DNA of 64,000 nucleotides from Fimbriimonadaceae bacterium (GTDB lineage: Bacteria > Armatimonadota > UBA10988), in assembly GCA_020850355.1 (NCBI GenBank), contig JADZEX010000081.1, forward strand, positions 131,113 through 195,112, read 5' to 3'. Position numbers and translations under genes: made by a program. Positions 19,622-28,498 of this stretch are shown in pieces. The notes beneath the pieces were generated by a model that had not been told where the DNA came from, searched no databases, and saw nothing but the letters and a program-made list of their open reading frames with translations. Within the stretch, counting starts at the first letter, position 1, and every line of letters starts with the position of its first letter.

Positions 19622-20682
19622 CGGTGGTGCCCCAACGGGTCGTGCTGTCGGGCTATTACGGCTACGCCAACCTGGGCGACGACGCCATCCTGCTGGCCCT
19701 CTGCAGCGCGCTCCGAGCGGCCGGCGTGGCCGAGATTCTGGTGCCGGCCGGGCCGCGGCCACCCGCCGTCGGGCCGCCGGTGCGCTGGCTGCCGCGCTAC
19801 GACTGGCGCGCCGTCCGCGCCGCCCTGGCCGACGGCGGCGTGCTGCTGAGCGGCGGTGGGGGGCTGTTCCAGGACTCCACCAGCCTGCGCTCGCTGGGTT
19901 ACTACCTCGGCCACCTCTGGCTGGCGCAGCGCGCCCGGCGGCCGGTGGCAGTCGTCGCGCAGAGCATCGGACCGTTGCGGCGACCGCTGGCGCGCTGGCT
20001 GGTCGCGCGGGCCCTGCGGCGGGTGCAGGTCCTGACGGTCCGCGACCAGGGCTCGCTGGCCACCATCGCCGACCTTGACGTCCGGACGCCGCCGGCGCGG
20101 GTCTTGCCCGATCCCGCCTTCGGCCTGCCGGCGCCGTCGCCCGCGGCCATCGCCGCGGCCCGCGCCCAACTCGGGCCAGGCCCGCGGGTCCTCTGGTGGC
20201 TGCGCCCCACGGCGCACACCGCCACGGTGCTCGAAGCCGTGCGCGGGGCGCTGCCGCAGCTCACCGGGGCACAGCACCAGGCCGTCGCCTGTCAGGCCTG
20301 CGACCAGGCCGTCCACGAGGCCCTGTCCGCAGTTTGGTCGGCCGCGCCGCTGCCGCCGCCCAGCGTCAGCGAGGCGCTGGCGCTGATCGCGGTGGCCGAC
20401 CTGGTGGTGGCGGAGCGACTCCACCCGCTGATCTTCGCGGCCCGGGTCGGGACGCCGGCGGTGGCGATCCAGTACGACCCGAAGGTGGCCGGGCTGGCGG
20501 CCGACGCCGGGCTGCCGGTCGCCGGCCACGACGCCAGCCTGACCGCCGCGGCGCTGCAGCAGGCGGTGGCCGCCGCCTGGTCCGCCCGCGAGCCCGCCGC
20601 CGCGCGGCTCCGCGACTGGGGTCAGACCGCCCACGAGGCCCTCGCGCGCGACCTCCGGGAGCTGCTCGCCAGCCTTGCCTGA
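19618..20682 (+). CDS. csaB: polysaccharide pyruvyl transferase CsaB
   Basis: Motif VVLSGYYGYANLGDDAIL typical of PS_pyruv_trans / CsaB. GTG start overlaps the upstream stop. Confidence 0.8.
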   Translation: MTVVPQRVVLSGYYGYANLGDDAILLALCSALRAAGVAEILVPAGPRPPAVGPPVRWLPRYDWRAVRAALADGGVLLSGGGGLFQDSTSLRSLGYYLGHLWLAQRARRPVAVVAQSIGPLRRPLARWLVARALRRVQVLTVRDQGSLATIADLDVRTPPARVLPDPAFGLPAPSPAAIAAARAQLGPGPRVLWWLRPTAHTATVLEAVRGALPQLTGAQHQAVACQACDQAVHEALSAVWSAAPLPPPSVSEALALIAVADLVVAERLHPLIFAARVGTPAVAIQYDPKVAGLAADAGLPVAGHDASLTAAALQQAVAAAWSAREPAAARLRDWGQTAHEALARDLRELLASLA

Positions 20683-20757
20683 CCGACTCCGCGGTGCTAT
20701 ACTCGGACCAGTTTGGGAGCCCTCGCGCAGCCGCCTGCACGGACGTCGGAGAAACCG

Positions 20758-21669
20758 ATGGCAAACACCCGCCGCTACACTTACGACGAGGAATCGGGTT
20801 CGTCGCAGAACCTCTGGATCATCGTGCTGTTCGTGGCCGCCGCGGTTGGGGCGTTCATGTTTGGCCGCTTCGTGCTCGGCGTCCACCTGCGGGGCAGCGC
20901 CTCCGAGGTCAAGAACGCCGGCCCGCTGGGGGCCTCCACCGTCGAAGCGCCGCCCGCCGTCAGCACCGATCCGGCGGCGGCCATCTCGGCGGTCGAGGTG
21001 GTCCCCGGCACGCCGCCCGCCGCCAGCCCCGTGACCGTGGTGCCTGGCGAAGCCAGCGTGGCGAGCGTCGCTCCGGCCACCCCGGCGCCTGCCGACGGGC
21101 CGCTGACCACCGCCATCGAGGGCGCCGCCGCGCCGCCGGCCAGTCCCACCGTGACCGAGCCGAAGCGCGATCCGGAAGCCGAGGCGAAGCAGCGCGAAGC
21201 AGACCAGAAGAAGCGCGAGGCGGCCGAGAAGATCAAGAAAGAACGCGCCGAGGCGGCCAAGAAGCGCGACGCCGAGCGCCGCGAGGCGGCCAAGAAGCGC
21301 GAGGCCGAGGCGAAGAAAGGGACGGCCCGGCCGGCCGAGCCGAGCAAGCGGGAGTCGACCAAGAAGCCGGCCCCGCCGCCCGCCGCCGGGCCGAAGCCGC
21401 AGCCGAAGCCGGCGACCGCTCCCACCGGCGGGGGCAGCGGCAAGCTGGTGCGGCTGCAGGCGGGCCGTTACGACAGCGAATCCGACGCCCAGAAGCGGCG
21501 CGAGGAACTCGGCAAGGCCGGCCAGGACGCCTTCGTGCGGGCGCGCAGCGTCGACGGCAAGAAGGTCTACGAAGTGCAGGTCGGCGCGTACGAAGACGCC
21601 GCCAATGCCAAGGCGCAAGCCGACAAGCTGAAGGCCAAGGGCATCGACGCCGCCGTCGCCGAAGACTAG
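20758..21669 (+). CDS. SPOR domain-containing protein
   Basis: Single N-terminal TM. Pro/Ala-rich and KR/E-rich linker. C-terminal SPOR domain (GKLVRLQAGRYDSESDAQKRREEL...YEVQVGAYEDAANAKAQADKLKAKG). Confidence 0.8.
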   Translation: MANTRRYTYDEESGSSQNLWIIVLFVAAAVGAFMFGRFVLGVHLRGSASEVKNAGPLGASTVEAPPAVSTDPAAAISAVEVVPGTPPAASPVTVVPGEASVASVAPATPAPADGPLTTAIEGAAAPPASPTVTEPKRDPEAEAKQREADQKKREAAEKIKKERAEAAKKRDAERREAAKKREAEAKKGTARPAEPSKRESTKKPAPPPAAGPKPQPKPATAPTGGGSGKLVRLQAGRYDSESDAQKRREELGKAGQDAFVRARSVDGKKVYEVQVGAYEDAANAKAQADKLKAKGIDAAVAED

Positions 21670-21678
21670 CAGGGAGCC

Positions 21679-22173
21679 ATGGCGAAGACAGCCCCGGCCC
21701 GCGCCGGCGACGACAGCCGGCTCGTCGTGCAGCGCAACCGCAAGGCCTACCACGACTACCTGATCGAAGACACCCTCGAAGCCGGGCTGGCCCTGACCGG
21801 TACCGAGGTGAAGTCGGTGCGGGCCGGCCAGGTCACGCTGACCGGCGGTTTCGTCGTGATCGAAGAAGGCCAGGCCTGGCTGCGCGACGTCTACATCGCG
21901 CCGTACGAGCAGGGCAACCTGATGAATGTCGAGCCGCTCCGCCGCCGCAAGCTGCTGCTGCACCGCAGCGAGATCAACAGGCTGGCCCGCCGGACCCACG
22001 AGGCCGGCTGGACCCTGGTGCCGCTGCAGGTCCACTTCCGTCGCGGCCGCGCCAAGCTCGAGATCGGCATCGCCCGCGGTAAGCGCAGCTACGACAAGCG
22101 CGAATCCCTCCGCAACCGCGAGGCCGAACGTGACAAGGCCCGCGCCCTGGCCGCCCGCCGCCGCGAGGACTGA
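21679..22173 (+). CDS. smpB: SsrA-binding protein SmpB
   Basis: Motifs NRKAYHDYLIEDTLEAGLALTGTEVKS and KLEIGIARGKRSYDKRE. Classic SmpB. Confidence 0.9.
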   Translation: MAKTAPARAGDDSRLVVQRNRKAYHDYLIEDTLEAGLALTGTEVKSVRAGQVTLTGGFVVIEEGQAWLRDVYIAPYEQGNLMNVEPLRRRKLLLHRSEINRLARRTHEAGWTLVPLQVHFRRGRAKLEIGIARGKRSYDKRESLRNREAERDKARALAARRRED

Positions 22174-22262
22174 GTGCCCCGGCGCGACCAGGTTGGCGTC
22201 GTCACGAGCCGCCACCATCGCGCGCCCGATCCAGCCCCACGGGCTGAGCTGCCCGCCAGCGC

Positions 22263-23384
22263 TCAGCCGGCCAGCAGTTGGTTCGGGTTGAGGGGCGTCA
22301 GGTCGGGGACAACGAACAGCCCGTCGCGGCGGACCAGTTCGCCGTCGAAGTAGATCGCGCCGCCGCCGTGGGCGGGGTCTTGCAGCAGGACGAGGTCCCA
22401 GTGGACCTGGCTGCGGTTGCCGTTGTCGGCTTCGTCGTAGGCGTTGCCGGGCGTGAAGTGGATGCTGCCGGCGATCTTCTCGTCGAACAGGATGTCGCGC
22501 ATCGGGCGGGTGATCAGCGGGTTGACACCAATCGCGAACTCCCCGACATAACGCGCGCCGGGGTCGGTGTCGAGGATCTCGTTGAGCCGCGCGGTGTCGC
22601 TGCCGGTCGCCTCGACGATCTGCCCGGCGCGGAAGGTCAGCGTGATGTTGTCGAACCCGACGCCGTGGTAGATGGTCGGCGCGTTGAAGGCGATGGTGCC
22701 CTCGACGCTGTCGCGGACCGGGGCCGTGAAGACCTCGCCGTCCGGGATATTGTACTCACCGCCGCAGAGAATCGCCGGGATGTCGCGGACCGAGAAGCGC
22801 AGGTCGGTGCCCGGTCCAACCAGCCGCACCTGGTCGGTGCGCTGCAGGCGGTCGACCAGCGGCTGCATCGCGGTGGTCAACCTGGCGTAGTCGACGGTGC
22901 AGACCTCGAAGAAGAAGTCGGTGAAGGCCGCGGTGCTCACGCCAGCCAACTGCGCCATGCTGGGCGTCGGCCAGCGCAGCACCACCCAGCGGCCGCGGGG
23001 CACGCGCAGGTCGAAGTGGACCGGCTTCGCGACGTGCTCGGTGTAGAGCCGCATCGCTTCGGCCGGCACGTCGCTCAGCTCGCTGATGTTCCAGCCGGCA
23101 CGCAGCCCGATGTAGGCGTCGACGCGGCTCATGCGGTCGACCTCGATGGCGCCGGTCAGCCGCATCAGCGGTTCGCTGCCCAGCAGCAGCAACTGCCGCT
23201 GCACGGCCTGCGAGCGTTGCGCAACGTACGGCACGGCGCCGGCCGCGCCAATCCGGGCGACCATCGCGGCAACCACGGCGTCGTCGGCGTCGGTCGCTTC
23301 GAGCAGTACCGACTCGCCGGGCTGCAGGCGCAGCGAGTGCTGCACCAGGATGTCGGCCAGGCGGTTGACTCGCGGGTCCACCAT
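22263..23384 (-). CDS. aminopeptidase (M29 / AmpS-PepS family)
   Basis: 373 aa. Motifs GEFAIGVNP...IHFTPGNAY typical of thermophilic aminopeptidase family M29. Confidence 0.7.
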   Translation of the reverse strand: MVDPRVNRLADILVQHSLRLQPGESVLLEATDADDAVVAAMVARIGAAGAVPYVAQRSQAVQRQLLLLGSEPLMRLTGAIEVDRMSRVDAYIGLRAGWNISELSDVPAEAMRLYTEHVAKPVHFDLRVPRGRWVVLRWPTPSMAQLAGVSTAAFTDFFFEVCTVDYARLTTAMQPLVDRLQRTDQVRLVGPGTDLRFSVRDIPAILCGGEYNIPDGEVFTAPVRDSVEGTIAFNAPTIYHGVGFDNITLTFRAGQIVEATGSDTARLNEILDTDPGARYVGEFAIGVNPLITRPMRDILFDEKIAGSIHFTPGNAYDEADNGNRSQVHWDLVLLQDPAHGGGAIYFDGELVRRDGLFVVPDLTPLNPNQLLAG

Positions 23385-23410
23385 CGGCGTTGCCTCCTAC
23401 GGTGCGGCCC

Positions 23411-24238
23411 TTAGCGGGCGCGCTCGTCGACCACCCGCAGCCCGAGCCGGCGCATCGCTTCGGCGAGGCCCTCCCGCAAGGTGGCGTAGGTGGTGATGGG
23501 CTGCATGTCGACGCCCAGGTGGACAATCGTCTGGGCCACTTCGGGGGAGACCCCGACAATCCAGCACTGCGCCCCGAGCAACTCGGCGGCCCGAATGGTG
23601 CGCATCAACTGGGCGATCACGGCGGTGTTGATGGAGCCGAGGCCGGTGATGTCGAGCAGCACGAAATCGGACTGCGTGGCCACGATGTTGCTGAGCAGTT
23701 CTTCGGTGACCTGTCGCGAACGCCCGTCGTCGACGTCGCCGATCAGCGGCAGGGTCAGGATGCCTTCCCAGATGCTGATGACTGGCGTCGAAAGCCGGCG
23801 CATGGCGGCCTCTTTGCGCGCCATGAGGTCTTCTTGCATCGCCCAGTAGCCGCCGGCCCAGAGCGTGGCGAGGCGTTGCAGGCCGCGGCGGAGCTGGTCG
23901 GCGGCAGCCTGGCGGGTGGTGTCATCGCCGGCCCAGACGCGCCGCATGATTGGCACGACGCTCTCCCCGAGCAGGAAGATCGCCTCCATCACCTCTTCGA
24001 GCCGGAACCCCTGGGGTACTCGCAGGCGGCACAGCCCGTGAACGTAATCGCGGGCTTCGACATCGCCGGGGTTCTCGCTGAGGGCTACCACCAGGCTCAG
24101 CGAACGGCGGATGTTGCCTTCCAGCTCGTCGGTCGAGACGGTGCTGTAGTGCCCGCTGGAGGCGCGGATCGCCGCCGTGTAGTCGGCCACGATGGCGTCC
24201 TCGTGTTCGCTGAACAACTGCAGCAGCGTCTGAGCCAC
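23411..24238 (-). CDS. RsbR-like stressosome-type protein (N-terminal sensor + C-terminal STAS domain)
   Basis: GTG start after GGGAGTGAG. C-terminal STAS segment ILTLPLIGDVDDGRSRQVTEELL...VLLDITGLGSINTAVIAQLMRTIRAAELLGAQCWIVGVSPEVAQTIVHLG. Confidence 0.65.
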   Translation of the reverse strand: MAQTLLQLFSEHEDAIVADYTAAIRASSGHYSTVSTDELEGNIRRSLSLVVALSENPGDVEARDYVHGLCRLRVPQGFRLEEVMEAIFLLGESVVPIMRRVWAGDDTTRQAAADQLRRGLQRLATLWAGGYWAMQEDLMARKEAAMRRLSTPVISIWEGILTLPLIGDVDDGRSRQVTEELLSNIVATQSDFVLLDITGLGSINTAVIAQLMRTIRAAELLGAQCWIVGVSPEVAQTIVHLGVDMQPITTYATLREGLAEAMRRLGLRVVDERAR

Positions 24239-24316
24239 GACTCTCACTCCCGGCTTGTCAGCGTACGCGCAGGGAGCGCTGCAAGTCAAGCTGTTGACCG
24301 CCGTCCGTCCAGCCGC

Positions 24317-25591
24317 CTAGCGGCCGCGCTCCTGCTCGGCCCGGCGGCTGGCGGCGGCGCGTTGGCGGGCTTTGGCGGCTTCCAGGCGGCGCTGCTGCTC
24401 CTGCATGTCGGCGACCGCCGGGTTCTCGATGCGGCGGTCCCGCGGGGCGCTGCCGCTGGCCGGGGTGGTGGTGTCGTCGGGCGTCACCTCCGGCGCGGGC
24501 GCCGACGGGTCGCTCGGGTTGCGCGGCTTGACCTCGACCCGGACGGCGCTCCCGGCGCTGCCACCGCCCCCGCCCTGGTCGGCGGAGCCGCCGATGGTCG
24601 TGGCGCTGGGCCGGCTGGCCGGGCGGTCCGGCGGATTGAGCTGTTCGTAACTGTCGGGCGTCCGCGGCACGGCGCGCGGCGCGGGCTGGCGCAGGCGGTC
24701 GAGGTAGGTTGGGTCGTAGCCCACCAGCGGCCGTGGCTGCGGGCTGTAGGTGCGCGGCTGCACGGCGCTGCCGGTGCCGCCGGGCACCACCGGGGCGACC
24801 CGCGCCGAGGGGCTGGGCAGGCTGCCGAGGCTGCTGGCGCGGCGGTCGGGCAGGCCGCTGGCCGGTGGCGGGTAGGCCGCCGGGGCGCCGGCGCTGGCGG
24901 GTGCCCCCGCCGGCGGGCGGATGGCCGGCTGCACCACCACCGGCGCCGGCGCGACCGGCGCGGCCGGGGTGCCAGCGGCCGGCGTGGCCGGGGCGGGCGG
25001 CTGCGCCGTGCCGTCCAGGAAAGCCTTCGAGCGAGCGTAGATCTGCTTCGCTTCGTTGTTGTCGGGATCGGCCTTGAGGACCCGCGCGGCAGCTTCCAGG
25101 GCAATCTCGTAGCGTCCCTGCTGGAACGCCTCGCGGGCTGTTTCGAGGTCCTGCTCGGCGTTGGCGGCGGCCACCAGCGGCGTGTTGCGGACGCCGTTGA
25201 TGGCCCCGTTGGCCCAGCGTGCCACCGCCAGGAAGCCGATCAGCACGACCAGCCCGGCGCACACCGCGAGGGTCGTGATGATGCGGTTGGAGCGGACGTC
25301 GGGGTCGACCATCGGCGGCGAGCCCTGGCCGCGGAGCCGGCGCAGCGTGTCGCGCTCGGCTTCGCTCTCCGGGTTCTGCGTCAGCACCAGCCCGATTTCG
25401 CTGGAGGCCTCGCCCAGGCGACCCTCGCGCTCGTAGAGCAGCCCCATCAGCGAGTGCGCGGTGCTGCTGTCGGGGTTCAGCGCCAAGGCCTCGCGGCAGC
25501 CGCGCCGCGCCGCCTCGTCGTCGCCCCGCTCAAACGCCTGGAACGCTTCGTCCAGGAGTCGCTTCACCTGCAAGTCCGGATCACTTCGCAT
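24317..25591 (-). CDS. TPR-repeat membrane protein with Pro-rich C-terminal region
   Basis: TPR motifs flank one TM helix (IITTLAVCAGLVVLIGFLAV). Long low-complexity P/A-rich tail. Start ambiguous (ATG at 25591 or GTG at 25654). Confidence 0.55.
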   Translation of the reverse strand: MRSDPDLQVKRLLDEAFQAFERGDDEAARRGCREALALNPDSSTAHSLMGLLYEREGRLGEASSEIGLVLTQNPESEAERDTLRRLRGQGSPPMVDPDVRSNRIITTLAVCAGLVVLIGFLAVARWANGAINGVRNTPLVAAANAEQDLETAREAFQQGRYEIALEAAARVLKADPDNNEAKQIYARSKAFLDGTAQPPAPATPAAGTPAAPVAPAPVVVQPAIRPPAGAPASAGAPAAYPPPASGLPDRRASSLGSLPSPSARVAPVVPGGTGSAVQPRTYSPQPRPLVGYDPTYLDRLRQPAPRAVPRTPDSYEQLNPPDRPASRPSATTIGGSADQGGGGGSAGSAVRVEVKPRNPSDPSAPAPEVTPDDTTTPASGSAPRDRRIENPAVADMQEQQRRLEAAKARQRAAASRRAEQERGR

Positions 25592-25657
25592 GGCCGTCTC
25601 ACTCACTCTACGCACGCCGCTCGGCGACTTGTTTACCCGGCGCCCGGCAAGCACAAA

Positions 25658-26698
25658 CTAAACGCTCTCGAACAGCCCTGGCTGCCCGCCAGTCACCGGC
25701 GGGATCCGCCCGAGATGCCGATAGGCCGCCGCCGAGGCCAGCCGGCCGCGCGGCGTGCGCTGGACGAACCCGACCAGCATCAGGAACGGCTCGACGACAT
25801 CTTCGAGTGTGTCGCGCTCTTCGTTGAGCGCGGCCGCCAGGGTCTCCACCCCGACCGGCCCGCCCTCGAACTTGTCGATCACCGTTTCGAGGTACCGCCG
25901 GTCCAACGGATCCAGCCCCAGCGCGTCGATCCCCATGCCGGCCAGGGTCTCGTCGGCGGTGGCCTGGTCGACCCGGCCCTGGGCGCGGACTTGGGCGTAG
26001 TCGCGGACGCGCCGCAGCAGGCGGTTGGCGATCCGCGGCGTGCCCCGACTACGGCGCGCGATCTCACGGGCGCCGCCCCTTTCCACTGGGACGCCCAGCA
26101 CCCCGGCGGTGTTCTCGACAATCTGCTGCAGTTCAGCCTGGCCGTACAGATCGATGTGCTGCATCACCCCGAACCGGTCACGCAGCGGCGAGGTCAGCAG
26201 TCCGACGCGGGTCGTCGCGCCGATCAGCGTGAACGGCTGCACCGGCAACCGGAGTGACCGCGCCCCAGGCCCCTTGCCGATCATCACATCGATCTGAAAG
26301 TCCTCGAGGGCCGGATAGAGCACTTCCTCGACGACTCGCGACAGGCGGTGGATCTCGTCGATGAACAGCACGGTGCGCGGCTCGAGGTTGCTGAGGATGG
26401 CCGCCAGATCGCCCGGTCGTTCGATCGCCGGGCCGCTGGTGGCGCGCAGGAAGCAGCCCATCTCGGCGGCGATGATGTGCGCCAGGGTGGTCTTGCCGAG
26501 GCCGGGCGGGCCGTGCAGCAGCACGTGGTCGAGCATCTCGCCGCGGTAGTCGGCCGCTTCCAGGGCGATCTGGAGCTGTTCCTTGACCTGCGGCTGGCCG
26601 ACGAAGTCGCGCAGCCGGGCCGGCCGCACGGACCGTTCGGCGCCGCTCTCGTCGTCACGCTGGCCGGGATCCAGTTCGTCGCTGCCGCGCATCGTCAC
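25658..26698 (-). CDS. ruvB: Holliday junction branch migration ATPase RuvB
   Basis: Motifs [30 protein letters not shown] and the RuvB C-terminal winged helix. Confidence 0.95.
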   Translation of the reverse strand: MTMRGSDELDPGQRDDESGAERSVRPARLRDFVGQPQVKEQLQIALEAADYRGEMLDHVLLHGPPGLGKTTLAHIIAAEMGCFLRATSGPAIERPGDLAAILSNLEPRTVLFIDEIHRLSRVVEEVLYPALEDFQIDVMIGKGPGARSLRLPVQPFTLIGATTRVGLLTSPLRDRFGVMQHIDLYGQAELQQIVENTAGVLGVPVERGGAREIARRSRGTPRIANRLLRRVRDYAQVRAQGRVDQATADETLAGMGIDALGLDPLDRRYLETVIDKFEGGPVGVETLAAALNEERDTLEDVVEPFLMLVGFVQRTPRGRLASAAAYRHLGRIPPVTGGQPGLFESV

Positions 26699-26699
26699 C

Positions 26700-27296
26700 T
26701 CAGCCTTCGTGCAGGCGTCGCAGCGCTTCTTTCAGCAAGGCCTCCAGCGCCGCGCCGTCGCCGAGGTGCAATAGCGCCGCGCGCGCCGCGCGCCGGGCCT
26801 CGACGGTGCTGAAGCCCAACCCGGTCAGCGCCTCGAGCAGTTCGGCCGGCGCCGCGCCGCCCGCCGGATCGCCGGCCGCGACGCTCCAGGCCTGCTTCCC
26901 GACGCGCTCGGAGAGTTCCACAATCAGCCGTTGCGCGAGCTTCTTGCCGACCCCCGGCAGGCCGACCAGCCGGGCCTCGTCGCCGCGGGCCAGCGCCTCG
27001 ACGAGTTGGGCCGGCGGGATCGCGCTGACGGCGCCCTGGGCGACCTTCGGGCCGACCCCGCTGACGGTCAGCAACTCCTCGAAGAGCGCCTTCTCGTCGT
27101 CGCTGCCGAACCCGTAGAGCAGCATCGCGTCTTCGCGCACGGCGAGGTAGACCGGCAGGCGCAGCGGGCTGCCGACGGCCGGCAGCCGCGCCACGGTGGC
27201 GCCGGCCAGCAGCACCAGGTAGCCGACGCCGCCGCATTCGATCACCGCGCGGTCTTCGCGCAACAGCGTCAGCGTGCCGTTGAGGTGGGCAATCAT
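26700..27296 (-). CDS. ruvA: Holliday junction DNA helicase RuvA
   Basis: MIAHLNGTL...GVGYLV...HhH motifs [16 protein letters not shown]. Lies immediately upstream of ruvB. Confidence 0.9.
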   Translation of the reverse strand: MIAHLNGTLTLLREDRAVIECGGVGYLVLLAGATVARLPAVGSPLRLPVYLAVREDAMLLYGFGSDDEKALFEELLTVSGVGPKVAQGAVSAIPPAQLVEALARGDEARLVGLPGVGKKLAQRLIVELSERVGKQAWSVAAGDPAGGAAPAELLEALTGLGFSTVEARRAARAALLHLGDGAALEALLKEALRRLHEG

Positions 27297-27874
27297 GGGG
27301 TCTCCAGCCGGGCCCGGTGCGCCGCCTGGGCGCGGTCGTCGGCCGCCAGGGCCGCCGCCAGACGGTCGCTGCCGGCACTCGGTTGGGCCGGCCCGGCGGT
27401 GCGGCTGAGCCCGCTGGGGAGGTGGCAGACGCACAGCGCCAGGGCGTCGGCGGCGTGGTCGGGGCGGGGCGGGGCGGGTAGCGCCAGCAGCCGCTGCACC
27501 ATGAACTGGACCTGCGCCTTGTCGGCCTGGCCGTGCCCGACCAGGGTCAGCTTGACATGGGTCGGCGTGTACTCGGCGATGTCCAGCCCGGCCTGCGCCG
27601 CCGCCAGTCGGACGACGCCGATGGCCTGCCCGACAGCCAGCCCGGTGGACCCGTCACGGAGCTGGTAGAGCCGCTCCATGACCACCGTCGCGGGACGCTG
27701 CTCGCGCAGCAGGGCGGACATCTGATCGTGAATGTGGAGCAGGCGATCCCCCAACGGCAGCCGCGCGGCGGTCCGCCAGCAGCCGTAGCGCAACGCCTGG
27801 TAGCGCCCGTGCGCCGCCGCCACCACCGCATAGCCGGTGGCCGCCAGACCGGGATCGATCCCCACCAGGACCAC
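27293..27874 (-). CDS. ruvC: crossover junction endodeoxyribonuclease RuvC
   Basis: GTG start after GGGAGGCGGG. VLVGIDPGLAATGYAVV catalytic-Asp N-terminus. ATGA overlap with ruvA. Confidence 0.85.
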   Translation of the reverse strand: MVLVGIDPGLAATGYAVVAAAHGRYQALRYGCWRTAARLPLGDRLLHIHDQMSALLREQRPATVVMERLYQLRDGSTGLAVGQAIGVVRLAAAQAGLDIAEYTPTHVKLTLVGHGQADKAQVQFMVQRLLALPAPPRPDHAADALALCVCHLPSGLSRTAGPAQPSAGSDRLAAALAADDRAQAAHRARLETP

Positions 27875-27934
27875 GCCCGCCTCCCGCCGCAGTGTAGCAC
27901 GCCGCCCCGCCTGAAACAAGCGTTTGCGCAGGCG

Positions 27935-28498
27935 TCAGGCGGTTCGCCGCTGCGCGGCCCACTCCTCGCGCCGGATCCGCATCAGGTGCAGGTCGTGGCA
28001 CTGCCCGCGGTGGTAGAACGCCTCGCGGCGCGTGCTGGCGACCCGCAGACCGGCCTTCTCGTAGACCCGCTGCGCGGCGAGGTTGGTGGTGAAGACCTCG
28101 AGTTCGACGCGCTGCAGGGCGAGGTCGTCGAACAGGAACTCCAGCAGCAGGCGCACCGCGGCGGTGCCGTGGCCCTGATTCCAGCAATCCCGCTCACCAA
28201 TCGCCAGGCCGATCGTCGCCCGTTGATTGGGGAGATCGAGGTAGTCGGTGCCGGCGGTGCCGATGGGCAGCCATTGCGCGTCGTGGCAGACCTCGACGAT
28301 GAACAGGCGGTTGCTGGGGTCGGCGATCTGGTCGGCGTACCAGTGCTGCTCCTCGGCCGCCGTGAGCGGCGCGAACAGCCCAAGGTTGCCGCGCACCACG
28401 GGGTCGCCGTACCAGCGCAAGAGGTGCGCCAGGTCGCTGGCCAGGGCGCGCCGCAGCCGCCGCGGGGCGGCCGTCAGAACGGTCCGTTCAGCGGCCAT
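27935..28498 (-). CDS. GNAT family N-acetyltransferase
   Basis: 187 aa. Acetyl-CoA binding region QGHGTAAVRLLLEFLFDDLALQRVELEV. Confidence 0.75.
   Translation of the reverse strand: MAAERTVLTAAPRRLRRALASDLAHLLRWYGDPVVRGNLGLFAPLTAAEEQHWYADQIADPSNRLFIVEVCHDAQWLPIGTAGTDYLDLPNQRATIGLAIGERDCWNQGHGTAAVRLLLEFLFDDLALQRVELEVFTTNLAAQRVYEKAGLRVASTRREAFYHRGQCHDLHLMRIRREEWAAQRRTA

Noticed and set aside
21679-22262. tmRNA (ssrA) next to smpB, and a possible bidirectional terminator hairpin (ggctgagc...gctcagcc, about 22228..22258).
   Set aside because: No tRNA-like acceptor or TpsiC motifs seen. The hairpin stem is short (8 bp) with an 11-nt loop and no U-tract. Too weak to call.
25561-25654. One-nucleotide disagreements between positions read off the printed sequence lines and ORF-track frame arithmetic (for example around 25590 and 63798).
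   Set aside because: Attributed to my manual counting across line breaks. Feature coordinates were therefore set from ORF-track frame arithmetic.
25591-25657. Possible terminator downstream of ruvB (cttgccgggcgccgggtaaacaag).
   Set aside because: Imperfect palindrome with no U-tract. It is also the immediate upstream region of the next gene.
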